In this document: positions 36,356 through 45,524 of the stretch, piece by piece
How positions within the stretch are numbered: the first letter of the stretch is position 1
Layout of the letters: each line of letters opens with the position of its first letter
IMG/VR virus record: IMGVR_UViG_3300020577_001702
Span: 5,656 to 69,655 of that record
DNA length: 64,000 bases
DNA from: a virus
Lineage: Duplodnaviria; Caudoviricetes
Strand: one strand, 5' to 3'
Notes under the pieces: generated by a model
Database searches by the model: none
What the model was told of the DNA's origin: nothing
The model's input: only the letters and a program-made list of their open reading frames with translations
Program-made: the position numbers and the translations under genes

Positions 36356-39300
36356 ATGGGAGCTTTCGACCGTGCTGCACCCGTTCTAGTCCAGAACAAC
36401 CCGCTTGACTCGTTTGGTCAACCGGGTGAACTGGTCAAGGGTCTACGCCGTGGTATCACCGGCACTACCGCTGGCCTGCAAGCGGCTGCTGGTCAGGTGG
36501 TGCAGCCGATGTCGCCCGAGCTGGGCACCGCCATCATCCAGGACGCCATCGCCGCCGAGCATGCGTCACAACAGCGCAACGCCCCTCGCGTCGGCACGTG
36601 GAAGGACGCGCAACTCAGTGGTGCGAACTTCGCAGACTATCTGCTCGCCAAGGGCAGCGAGGCTGTACCGGCGCTGCCGGTCGCCATGGTGGGTGGTGTC
36701 GCCGGCAAGCTGGCGGGCCTCGGCGGCGCTGTAGGCGGCGCGGCTGCGTTCCAGCCAGTGATGATGGGTAGCGAGGCTATGCGCCTCCAGAACGATCCCG
36801 CAGCCGCTGATCTGACGCCTGGGCAGAAGCTCCTGCACGCGGGTGGCTTCGGTGCTGCGGAAGCTGCGGCGATGGGTGCGGTACCGGGCATGATGGGTTC
36901 GCGCCTGCTGTCCCGCGCGCCTGTGACCTCGTTCGGTGGCGCAGCCTCGAAGGCGCTGCTCGACACTGGCGTGAACAGTGTCGGCATGGGTGCGGGCATG
37001 GCTGCTGGCGACGTGATCGGTCAGCTCGGTCAGCGCACGTACAACCCGAACGCGGTGTACGACCCGGAGGCGACGAAGGAAGCCTTCGTCGGTGGTGTGG
37101 CTGCTGGCCTGCCGCTGGCTGGACCGCACGCCGCCCTGGCTCGTGGTCTGGACGTGGCGAAGGCTGGCGCTGTGGACGCGCCGCTGGAAGCTACCCGCTC
37201 GGCGCTGACACGCGTGCGCGAGCGCCTGCCTGACGCGGTGCGCCCCTTCGCTGACGCGATCATCGGCGGTGGCGAGGTGACGACGGACGCTGTGAACGCG
37301 CTGGCTCCCTACGCCGACATCCTCGGTATCGGCGCGAAGACCGTGTTCAACCGGGTCAGCGAGGCGGCGAAGAACGCCGGCCAGAACATCGCCGACGCCC
37401 ACAACGCGAGCCTGTTGACGCCCTCCGATGTGGTGGCTGGCGCGACGGATGTCGGTGCTGCGCTGGTGGGTGGTATCGAAGGCACGGCCCCGGACATGAT
37501 CAAGGCACTGAAGGCCCAAGCAGCGGCTGACGGTGTAAAGCTGGACTTCTCCGCTGACAAGAGCGACGCCGAGAACCTGAATGCCTTGTCGGACTACATG
37601 AAGAAGTATCACCCCAGCGCTGCGAAGCCGCTGGCTCGTCCTGGTACTGGTTTCCAGCAGCAGATGGCCGGTATGGTGCGAAAGAGCCTGGGTAACGATC
37701 TGAGCCTCGATGAGACCGGCCAGCTCAAGAGCCTGCTCGACAAGGTGGACGCCGGTCAAGAGCTGTCGCCGGCTGAGTCGACCCAACTCTGGAGCGCCAC
37801 CAGCACGCTGTCTGGCAAGGTGGCGAACCGCGAGCGCTTCAGCAAGGACTTGGCCGAGCTGGCTGACTGGCAGGAGAAGACCGGCAAGACCGCGCCTACT
37901 GCGGAAGACACCGGCCTCAAGTTCAGCAAGCAGAAGGTGAAGGATCAAGCACGGGAGAGCGCAAGGGATGTGTTCGGCTCGGCACAGATGCGCGAGGCTC
38001 TGGCGGAGCTACAGGTCGCGCCGGAAGTCATCGACGGCGTGCTGGACCGGATTCAGGCCAAGGATATCAAGGAGCGCGGCGTCGAGCTTGTGATTCGCCG
38101 TGCAGTCACGTCGGCGTTGACGAAGCGCGGCATGAAGGACTTCGCCCGCCGGGGTGCTCCGGTGTACGACCTCATGACCACTGCGCTTCGCGAGAAGCTG
38201 GCTGAGAAGTTCCCCCGGAAGCAGAAGGAGAACGCGCCCGCTGAGTGGGAGCAATCCCCTGAGTTCGAGCGTGGCGTGGACAACATCGTCGGCGAGCTGA
38301 TCACTGCCTCGGATAAACCCGAGCTGAAGAACCCCGAAAACATGCTGGATGCCTCATACGGTATCGCGGACTTCATCAACAAGCTGTCGTCCGGCAAGGC
38401 GGATTATGCCCGCCGCGCCGATCAGTTCCGTTCGTTCCTGACCCGGAACTTCGGCGACAACGCGAGCTGGGCGGCTGACCGGATCATCAAGCTGGCCGAG
38501 ACCGAGTACGCCGGCCAGCCGGAGCGCGTCGAACGCCTGAAGGCCCTGCGCGAGTCCCAGGACACGCTGGATGCCGTGACTGCCGAGCTGAAGAAGACTG
38601 CCGGCTACGGCGGTGCGAAGATGGCCGACCACATGATCAGCGAGTACCGCAAGGCGCGGGCGGTGGACGAGCAGGCCAAGGACTTCAGCAAGTACTACAA
38701 CGGCGCGAAGCGCCTGCGCGAGGTGGCGGCTCAGCTTGAGGAGCACTCCATCAACGCGGTGAACCCGGAGCGTGCCCAATCTGCCCTGGAGAAGGCTGAC
38801 AAGCTGCGCACCCGCGCCGACGAGCTGGAGGCGCAGGCCGGCGAGGCGTCGAAGGGCGGCAGCGCCCTGGCCCAGCTTCGTGCTCGTTGGATCGGCTCGG
38901 AGCTGATCAAGGCGAAGAACGACGAGGGTCAGCGCGGTGACGTGTTCGACCGCGTGGCGAAGCTAGTCGAGAAGTACGAGCGGGCGAACAACGCGCGTAC
39001 CGACCGGGAGAAGGCGCAGCGTGAACAGCGCTCTGGCAGCATGGAGCTGGCAGACGACATGGACCTGGAGTCCTACATCCGCAAGATCACCCGCGACGAA
39101 GACGGGAACTCGAACGGAGTGGACAACGAGACCGGCCGGCAGGGCGAGGAGGGTGGTGCGAAGTGGTACGGCACTGACATCCTCCACACCGAGGCGCGCG
39201 GCAAGCTGACGAAGAACGGCCGGTCGGCCTCGGTGAACAAGACCGAGACTGGCGCGTTCCTGTCGTCGCACCCGAGCATGGTCTACGCCGACGAGCACGG

Positions 39301-42300
39301 GAACCCGCGCAGCCCGCTGGCGATGGCTCGTGATCTGCTCTACGAGAACGAGGTGGGTCATCGTGTGGCTACCGTCCGCACCAAGACCCCGGAGCAGTGG
39401 GTCAACGAGGTTGGTGGGAACCCGCACGAGATGTTGAAGCAGGCCATGGCGGATGTGGTGGCGCACGACAAGCGGATGCTGAAGGACTACGCCGGCAAGC
39501 TGGGTGCGAAAGAAGCCGAGGCGATGAAGAAGCGCATCGAGCTGTTCGAGTCCGGTGCGACTGGTGTGGAGTTCTTCAATAGCCCGTGGGCAAAGAAGAT
39601 GCGGATGCTGAAGGTCGAACAGAACGCTGGCGACACGATGGCGCTGGACGAGCAGGAGATCGTGTCGTCCTCAGTGCGGAACTTCAACACCCACGAGACT
39701 GGCGAATCCGCTGCGGCCTACGCTGCTCGGATGCAGCGCCAGGAAGGCTCATTCAAGACCACGGCTCCGTACGAGAAGGCCCTGTTCCCAGTCGAGCTGA
39801 TGGACAAGGGCAAGCCGATGCTGAACCCGGAAGGCAAGCCGGTGGTGATGCAGCTCGACTTCGCCAAGCTGGTGCAGCGCGTGCTGCGTGAGCACCAGAG
39901 CGGCGACACGGCTGGTGTCAGCCCCGAGAGCTTCATGGAGAAGCTGAAGAACACAGTGCATGAGGTAGTCGGTGCGCTGCTGGCGTCGGATAGCGTCAAC
40001 GCCGAAGCCTTCAAGAAGGCCATGCGGAAGACCAACGAGGGTGAGCTGCTGCCGCTCGATCTGGTTGCCTACCGCAGCAAGGGTGAAGGCGCTCGCTCGT
40101 TCACCTACGGGCAGGTGGCCGGCATCAAGGAGATCACGAAGGCCGGCGACGTGGTGCGGAAGAACATCGAGCTGGTCGAGACTCCTCGCAGCGGTAAGGA
40201 GCGTGCTGCCAAGGGCTCGAACGAGATGGTGACGAACGAGGCCGTGAAGGGTATCCCGTTCACCGACCGCAAGGCTGTGACCGACATCCCTGACCAGCGC
40301 ACTGTGGACTCCTACGTCACGCGCTCGACGCCGGCTGCGAAGTCCGCCTCTACCGCTCGGGCTGTCGCTGAGAAGGGTGGCGTCACCTACGACATCAACC
40401 TGAACCGGCTGCTGGTCGAGACGCTGCACGCCAACGAGATCGACGGCCAGAAGCACGTCCAGGAAGGCGACCTACCGACGAAGCTGGCGGCGAAGATGCT
40501 CCAAGAAGGGTTGGCGAACCTGGAGCACCTGGGCTACAAGATCGACCGCTCCAAGCTGGCGGACGTGGAGGTCTACCGCAAGCAGTATGGCGACAAGACC
40601 GAGCCGGTGTTGCAGAAGAAACTCAACGCCGAGGTGGGCGACGTGCCACGTGACATCGAGGGTGCGAAGGCCCAGGAGACCCGCGACCTGATCGAGTCGT
40701 ACCGTGGCAAGATCGAGAAGACCCTCGGTGATCTCGACCTCGCGAATGAACAACTCGGTAGCAAGCTGGGTGGACGTGACGAGCTGCTGGAGAAGCAGGA
40801 TGCCCTGCTGGAAGCGCAGGTGAAGGAAGCGCGGCAGATGCTGGCCGACATGAAGCGGCAAGGTTTTGTGGACCTGAGCGTTGGTGATCACCTTTCGCTG
40901 GACCGAGGTGTGCGCGTCAATGAGGGTCGGAAGACTGCGGACGAGGCCGGCGTCGGTGAGATGGAAGCGCTGCGGATCAAGGAGAACTTCAAGGAGTTCG
41001 GCGGCAAGCAGAACGCTCCGGTGTTCGATGTAGCTGAGGCGTACGGCTCGAAGCGGCAGGGCAGCACTGAGCCGCCCAAGCGCGACATCCCTGAGACCGT
41101 GGAGACGCTGAAGCAACGTGTCGAGGAAACTCGTGCTGCGATGGAGGAGGCGCTGAGGCAGATCGAAGCCGGCGTCGAGCCGAAGGTGCCTGCCACCGAC
41201 GACATCAACGCCGCCAAGAACCGCGCAGCCGAGGCTGAGCTGAAGGAAGCGCCGGTTGTGGCTGCGAAGACGAAGGTCGCCCGCGAGCAGAAGAGTGAGC
41301 ACGCCGAGCGCAAGGCCCAGGCGCGGCTGCTCAACGACGAGCGCAACGCCCGCAAGATCAATGCCGACCTGGACCGCCGCATGAGTGCGAACGAGTCCGA
41401 CGCGGTGACGGACCTTGTGATGGAGCTGGATGGCGCTGAGAAGCCCATGGCTCCGCGAGTGCTGGCTGACAAGCTGGCAGGCATGACGCCGGAGCAGCGC
41501 TCCACGCTGCGCGCCACACTGGAGAACTCCGAGTCCGTCGCGGCGAAGGCAGCTACGAAAATGATCGACGCGAAGTACCCGGTGGGTGCTCGCGGCGAAG
41601 ATACCCCGTTCAGCAAGCAGACTCCGCAAGGTGTACGCGAGGCTGCTGACGCGATGCAGGCTGAGCACGGGCGGCTGGTCGGCGCTATGAAGGCGGTGGT
41701 TGAGACGGTCGAAGGGCTGAAGCTCGGCGACAAGGAGATCACCGGCCAGTACTCGAAGGCGACCAAGGAAGCTGTGGCGAAGATCGTGATGAACGCTGCG
41801 GCCGGCATGGAAGGCGTGCACCACGAGACGTGGCACCACATCGAGGCGCTGCTCGACGGCATGGGTGAGCACGGCAAGCACATCAAGGACATCGTGTACA
41901 AGGCGATGGAAGCCGAGCATGTGAAGCAGTGGCTGGCCGAGAAATTTGCCGGCGACGAGGGTGCGCTCAGCCAGTTGGAGTCTCCCAGCGAGCGGGCTGC
42001 GTTCGCGTTCCAGCGCTTCATGGCCGGTGACAAGCTGCCGCTGGCTCCGAAGGCGCGCAGCGTGTGGCAGAAGCTCGCCGACTGGGTACGAAACCTCGTC
42101 GGGTTGACCAGCTCCGAGGACAAGGCCCGGAACTTCTTCGAGTACATCAAGGAAGAGGGCTTCGCTCGGGACGTAGAGAACCCCGAGGCGCTGATTCGCG
42201 GGATCAAAGAGACCCGCATGGACAATATGCTCAAGGGTGCGAAGAAGACACTGAAGCCGTTCGGCGAGGTGCTGGACAAGCTGATCGAGCATGGTGACAA

Positions 42301-44017
42301 CCGCGTGCGCAAGCACGGGGTGAAGTCGTACGAAGCGTTGATGAACAAGTACGTCGGCGAGACCGGCAAGGGCGGCTACCAGTCTGCGAAGCACCAGCAG
42401 TACTACAAGTGGGGCAACCAGTTCGCCCAGTTCTTCGATAAGCACCAGGGCGCGGACTACACCCACCCTGGCTGGGACGCCATGCAGACCAGCTTCGAGA
42501 ACTACATGCGCAGCGCCGGTGTGTCGGACGCTCAGATCAAGAGCCTGCGCAACAACCTGGACGGCTACAACAAGATCGAGGCGGACAGCCGCTTCGAGGA
42601 GCTGGTAGCGGACATCGCGAACCACGGTGGGTTGCCCAAGACTCGCGGCATCTCGGCGCGGGATGTGGCGACGCAGATTGTGGACCGTGGCTACTTCTAC
42701 GACCCGGACTTCAAACTCTTCGACGGCGCACCGAGAGTCGCTGCGAAGTGGATGGCGAAGAACCCGGTGGACAAAGCCATCGCCTACGCCACGAAGGGCA
42801 CGGAACTGGCCGAACGTACACGAGCCTTCGGCGAGGTCACGAAGGAGACCCCGTACGGCAAGGAGTTCCACGAGCTGCTGAAGAAAGGCGACACCGAGGC
42901 CACCAAGGAAGCCCAGCAGGACATGCAGGAGTTCATCAAGGGGTGGGAGCACACCTACGAGAACTCCATGTCGCCTGGGCTGAAGAAGGTTATCGGCTCG
43001 ATCCAGCTCTTCGAGAACGCTCGCCTGTTGCCGCTGGCCGTGTTCTCCCAGGCGCTGGAGCCGATGCAGCTCGCCCTGCGCCGGAACAGCTTCGAGGGTA
43101 TCGGCGGTTCGCTGTGGCGCGGGATCAAGAACCTGCCGCGTGCCTTCGACACCCTGGACGCGAAGTACACTCCCGACTATTGGGAGAAGTTCGCCATGAA
43201 CCTCGGTACCGCCCAGCACCGCATCCTGGACGGCGCTGTCGGCCGCATGGTCAACGGTATGCGCCTGCCTGGGTGGGTCGGGGAGATCAACGACAAGTTC
43301 TTCCAGTACAACTTCATGAACACCTGGAATCGCTCGATGCACATCGAGGCGACCAAGCACGCCGTGGAGTTCCTGAAGGAGCACGCTCGGGGCGTCAACA
43401 AGGTACACTCCGACCGTTTCCTGAATGAGCTGCACATTGGGCGCGACGAGGTGTTGAAGAACATCATCCGCGAGGGTGATATCGAGTCGCTGAAACTGAC
43501 CCCGAACATCGAGCGGGCGATCTGCCAGTGGGTGAACGAGGCCATGGCTCACGCTGACGCCGGTAGCAACCCGTTCTGGATGAACGACCCTCGGTTCGCA
43601 CTGATCTCCCAGATGAAGCGGTTCACGTTCTCCCATAGCAAGTACATGTTGGATCGTGGCATCCGCGAGTGGCAGCTCGGCAACACGTGGGTGGCAGCGC
43701 CTGCTGTCCTGGCGATGCCGTGGATGCTGGCGTCAGACGCTGTGCGGGATACCCTGACCGGCAAGGACATGGCCTACCGGGCGAACTGGGGTGTCTCGGA
43801 CTACGCCATGCACGCCTACGAGCGTGCCGGTCACACCGGGATCAGCCAGTTCGGTGCGGACGCTTGGCGGGACGTGAAGGTGGGCGGCAGTGGCCTGGGT
43901 TCGCTCCTGGGGCCGGCTGCGCAGAGCTTCGGCGACACCCTCCGGGGTGCCAACACAGGGCACATGATCGACGCCCTGATCGGTAACAGCCCGTCCGGAC
44001 GCCTCCTCGGTGTCTAG
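36356..44017 (+). CDS. Giant internal virion/ejection protein (2553 aa) with HExxH metallopeptidase-like motif
   Basis: Gly/Ala hydrophobic N-terminus; HETWH encoded at 41822-41836; last gene of the structural block. Confidence 0.85.
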   Translation: MGAFDRAAPVLVQNNPLDSFGQPGELVKGLRRGITGTTAGLQAAAGQVVQPMSPELGTAIIQDAIAAEHASQQRNAPRVGTWKDAQLSGANFADYLLAKGSEAVPALPVAMVGGVAGKLAGLGGAVGGAAAFQPVMMGSEAMRLQNDPAAADLTPGQKLLHAGGFGAAEAAAMGAVPGMMGSRLLSRAPVTSFGGAASKALLDTGVNSVGMGAGMAAGDVIGQLGQRTYNPNAVYDPEATKEAFVGGVAAGLPLAGPHAALARGLDVAKAGAVDAPLEATRSALTRVRERLPDAVRPFADAIIGGGEVTTDAVNALAPYADILGIGAKTVFNRVSEAAKNAGQNIADAHNASLLTPSDVVAGATDVGAALVGGIEGTAPDMIKALKAQAAADGVKLDFSADKSDAENLNALSDYMKKYHPSAAKPLARPGTGFQQQMAGMVRKSLGNDLSLDETGQLKSLLDKVDAGQELSPAESTQLWSATSTLSGKVANRERFSKDLAELADWQEKTGKTAPTAEDTGLKFSKQKVKDQARESARDVFGSAQMREALAELQVAPEVIDGVLDRIQAKDIKERGVELVIRRAVTSALTKRGMKDFARRGAPVYDLMTTALREKLAEKFPRKQKENAPAEWEQSPEFERGVDNIVGELITASDKPELKNPENMLDASYGIADFINKLSSGKADYARRADQFRSFLTRNFGDNASWAADRIIKLAETEYAGQPERVERLKALRESQDTLDAVTAELKKTAGYGGAKMADHMISEYRKARAVDEQAKDFSKYYNGAKRLREVAAQLEEHSINAVNPERAQSALEKADKLRTRADELEAQAGEASKGGSALAQLRARWIGSELIKAKNDEGQRGDVFDRVAKLVEKYERANNARTDREKAQREQRSGSMELADDMDLESYIRKITRDEDGNSNGVDNETGRQGEEGGAKWYGTDILHTEARGKLTKNGRSASVNKTETGAFLSSHPSMVYADEHGNPRSPLAMARDLLYENEVGHRVATVRTKTPEQWVNEVGGNPHEMLKQAMADVVAHDKRMLKDYAGKLGAKEAEAMKKRIELFESGATGVEFFNSPWAKKMRMLKVEQNAGDTMALDEQEIVSSSVRNFNTHETGESAAAYAARMQRQEGSFKTTAPYEKALFPVELMDKGKPMLNPEGKPVVMQLDFAKLVQRVLREHQSGDTAGVSPESFMEKLKNTVHEVVGALLASDSVNAEAFKKAMRKTNEGELLPLDLVAYRSKGEGARSFTYGQVAGIKEITKAGDVVRKNIELVETPRSGKERAAKGSNEMVTNEAVKGIPFTDRKAVTDIPDQRTVDSYVTRSTPAAKSASTARAVAEKGGVTYDINLNRLLVETLHANEIDGQKHVQEGDLPTKLAAKMLQEGLANLEHLGYKIDRSKLADVEVYRKQYGDKTEPVLQKKLNAEVGDVPRDIEGAKAQETRDLIESYRGKIEKTLGDLDLANEQLGSKLGGRDELLEKQDALLEAQVKEARQMLADMKRQGFVDLSVGDHLSLDRGVRVNEGRKTADEAGVGEMEALRIKENFKEFGGKQNAPVFDVAEAYGSKRQGSTEPPKRDIPETVETLKQRVEETRAAMEEALRQIEAGVEPKVPATDDINAAKNRAAEAELKEAPVVAAKTKVAREQKSEHAERKAQARLLNDERNARKINADLDRRMSANESDAVTDLVMELDGAEKPMAPRVLADKLAGMTPEQRSTLRATLENSESVAAKAATKMIDAKYPVGARGEDTPFSKQTPQGVREAADAMQAEHGRLVGAMKAVVETVEGLKLGDKEITGQYSKATKEAVAKIVMNAAAGMEGVHHETWHHIEALLDGMGEHGKHIKDIVYKAMEAEHVKQWLAEKFAGDEGALSQLESPSERAAFAFQRFMAGDKLPLAPKARSVWQKLADWVRNLVGLTSSEDKARNFFEYIKEEGFARDVENPEALIRGIKETRMDNMLKGAKKTLKPFGEVLDKLIEHGDNRVRKHGVKSYEALMNKYVGETGKGGYQSAKHQQYYKWGNQFAQFFDKHQGADYTHPGWDAMQTSFENYMRSAGVSDAQIKSLRNNLDGYNKIEADSRFEELVADIANHGGLPKTRGISARDVATQIVDRGYFYDPDFKLFDGAPRVAAKWMAKNPVDKAIAYATKGTELAERTRAFGEVTKETPYGKEFHELLKKGDTEATKEAQQDMQEFIKGWEHTYENSMSPGLKKVIGSIQLFENARLLPLAVFSQALEPMQLALRRNSFEGIGGSLWRGIKNLPRAFDTLDAKYTPDYWEKFAMNLGTAQHRILDGAVGRMVNGMRLPGWVGEINDKFFQYNFMNTWNRSMHIEATKHAVEFLKEHARGVNKVHSDRFLNELHIGRDEVLKNIIREGDIESLKLTPNIERAICQWVNEAMAHADAGSNPFWMNDPRFALISQMKRFTFSHSKYMLDRGIREWQLGNTWVAAPAVLAMPWMLASDAVRDTLTGKDMAYRANWGVSDYAMHAYERAGHTGISQFGADAWRDVKVGGSGLGSLLGPAAQSFGDTLRGANTGHMIDALIGNSPSGRLLGV

Positions 44018-44024
44018 CGTGTAA

Positions 44025-44065
44025 TGGTTTCTACTACAAAACGACCTGTCTTGTAGTAAAAACCA
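44025..44065. terminator. Long AT-rich hairpin where the two transcription blocks converge
   Basis: TGGTTTCTACTACAA / TTGTAGTAAAAACCA, 14 of 15 bp paired. Confidence 0.5.
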
Positions 44066-44144
44066 CTACAAGACTTGTAGTAAAAACTGGGTATACATGC
44101 TGAGGCTCACTCCATGAGCCTGGTTGTATACGCGAGTTTGTGAA

Positions 44145-44345
44145 GTATACTCGGAACATTGGAACACCTTACCCTTTGATTCTTTTGGTTTGTTCCGATT
44201 GTTCCGAAATTTAGAGATATTCACGCAGGAAAGAAGAAGGAGACCCGACCCATGTATGTGCTCTATGTGGATGAAGCGCCAAAGATCGGAACGTTTTTGA
44301 CCTGTTCTGTTTGAAATCAATGGGTTGCGTGTTCCGATGTTCCAA
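44145..44345. other. Second GGAACA iteron cluster with IHF-consensus site (origin-like element B)
   Basis: 44145-44212 matches 5164-5231 with identical arms and spacing; AATCAATGGGTTG at 44315-44327; GTGTTCCGATGTTCCAA at 44329. Confidence 0.55.
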
Positions 44346-44532
44346 AGTGGTCTTTATTTTATGCGCAACGTCATAGGTTCTTGTCATAATTAGGCACCGG
44401 ACCTGACTGATCGGCAGACTTCTGCGGCTCAGGAGTTTTGGAAGATGTCCGGAGTTTTGGAAATTCAGATTCTGTTGGAGCCTGAAGAACCGCACTGGGA
44501 GCGGGTTTCCGGGTGGTGCCCTAGAGCGAACG

Positions 44533-44575
44533 ACGGATTAACAGTCCGGCGCTCTACCGACTGAGCTATCGGGGA
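44533..44575 (-). pseudogene. 5' half of tRNA-Asn(GTT), positions 1-43 only
   Basis: TCCCCGATAGCTCAGTCGGTAGAGCGCCGGACTGTTAATCCGT: acceptor 5' strand, D arm and anticodon arm with GTT; no T arm and no matching acceptor 3' strand. Confidence 0.85.
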
Positions 44576-44643
44576 ATGATGCGGGTTTCCGGGCGATTGA
44601 GCTTCCAAAACTTTCGCTCTCTTTGGCTCTCTTTCGCTCGACA

Positions 44644-44680
44644 GGGCGCGAACTCTAACAAGAGTTTTGGAAGAAGTAAA
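44644..44680 (-). promoter_or_regulatory. Sigma70-type stable-RNA-like promoter pointing at the tRNA 5' half
   Basis: -35 TTTACT (44680-44675), 17-bp spacer, extended -10 TGtTAGAGT (hexamer 44657-44652), GC-rich discriminator TCGCGCCC. Confidence 0.5.
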
Positions 44681-44692
44681 CTGGAACAATCG

Positions 44693-44741
44693 CGTGAAAC
44701 AATTCCGTGAAACACTCCGTGAAACACTCCGTGAAACAATA
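44693..44741. repeat. Four tandem 12-13-bp repeats CGTGAAACA(C/A)T; fifth copy at 44799
   Basis: Starts at 44693, 44706, 44718, 44730; a perfect DnaA box TGTGGATAA lies at 44766-44774. Confidence 0.8.
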
Positions 44742-44807
44742 GGGTAGGCCGGGACACCAGGAGCCTGTGGATAACTCAGCCACAGCCCGTGGAACAGTCG
44801 TGAAACA

Positions 44808-45011
44808 CTATGTTCTGGAGCAGGAGAAGCAGGTGAAAGCGTCGCCGGATTCGTCCGTGTAGCCGCCAGCCAGGGCCTGCACCTTCCGGCACCGGCAGCA
44901 GCGCCCGGTATGCACCCAGACGAACTGGCTTGGGTGGCGCTCGCGGTGCTGGATTACCCTGGTCACGGCTGCCTTGGCCTTCCGCAGCTCCTCGTCGGTC
45001 ATCTTAGGCAT
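44808..45011 (-). CDS. Small Cys-rich hypothetical protein (67 aa)
   Basis: CCRC...CFSC; last leftward gene before the att region. Confidence 0.5.
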   Translation of the reverse strand: MPKMTDEELRKAKAAVTRVIQHRERHPSQFVWVHTGRCCRCRKVQALAGGYTDESGDAFTCFSCSRT

Positions 45012-45204
45012 GCCACACCCACTTCAGGCCGAACACGTTGGGGTAGTACAGGCCGCCACTCTCGACAGCCACCTTGCCAGTGGATGAAGGCTTGTGCGGC
45101 GGGTAGCCATCGGTGAGCACCATGGGTTCACCACGGAAGCTCTTGCGTTCCACCGGGAGTGTCACTTCCTCGTCGGTGTCCTCGTCGATCAGTTTCCACG
45201 TCAT
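45004..45204 (-). CDS. Hypothetical protein (66 aa)
   Basis: Overlap-coupled ORF; PPHKPSSTGKV motif. Confidence 0.6.
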   Translation of the reverse strand: MTWKLIDEDTDEEVTLPVERKSFRGEPMVLTDGYPPHKPSSTGKVAVESGGLYYPNVFGLKWVWHA

Positions 45205-45524
45205 CAGTCTCTCCTCATATGCGACACAGCGTCGCCTCGTTTTGTGATTCGGAACCCCATCTTCTGGTAGAAGCCGATGGAGTCGTTTTCGCTGAGCAGG
45301 GTGATCGGTCTACCGTCAGCAGCCTGGATCACCATGTTCATGAGCTTCGCACCCGTACCTCGCCGCTTCGAGCCGATGTAGTGGATGCGGACCTCGCGTT
45401 TACGCACCTTGAAGGAGACAGAGCCACGGGTCAGTCCGAACTGATCGCGTATGGCGATGACGGTGGCGTCAGCGTCTCGTTCAGCAAGGTCGGTGTAGTA
45501 GTGGCGAGTCTCCTCTTCGGTCAC
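45204..45524 (-). CDS. GNAT-like acetyltransferase
   Basis: IHYIGSKRRGTGAKLM (motif A) and SIGFYQKMGF (motif B). Confidence 0.65.
   Translation of the reverse strand: MTEEETRHYYTDLAERDADATVIAIRDQFGLTRGSVSFKVRKREVRIHYIGSKRRGTGAKLMNMVIQAADGRPITLLSENDSIGFYQKMGFRITKRGDAVSHMRRD

Larger units (their letters stand above)
44432..44680. other. Putative attP: arm-type repeats around a tRNA-derived core
   Basis: AGTTTTGGAA-containing sites at 44432, 44451, 44662 and inverted at 44603; core 44533-44575; 13-bp direct repeats at 44501 and 44581. Confidence 0.65.

Noticed and set aside
36356-44017. N4-type virion RNA polymerase
   Set aside because: No single-subunit RNAP catalytic motifs were recognisable and no N4 RNAP II genes are present.
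44514-44575. Functional tRNA-Asn gene
   Set aside because: No T arm and no acceptor 3' strand pairing with TCCCCGA; reported as a 5' fragment.
44693-44741. CRISPR array
   Set aside because: Repeats are 12-13 bp and contiguous, with no spacers and no cas operon; the Cas4-like nuclease at 60994 is a common stand-alone phage gene.
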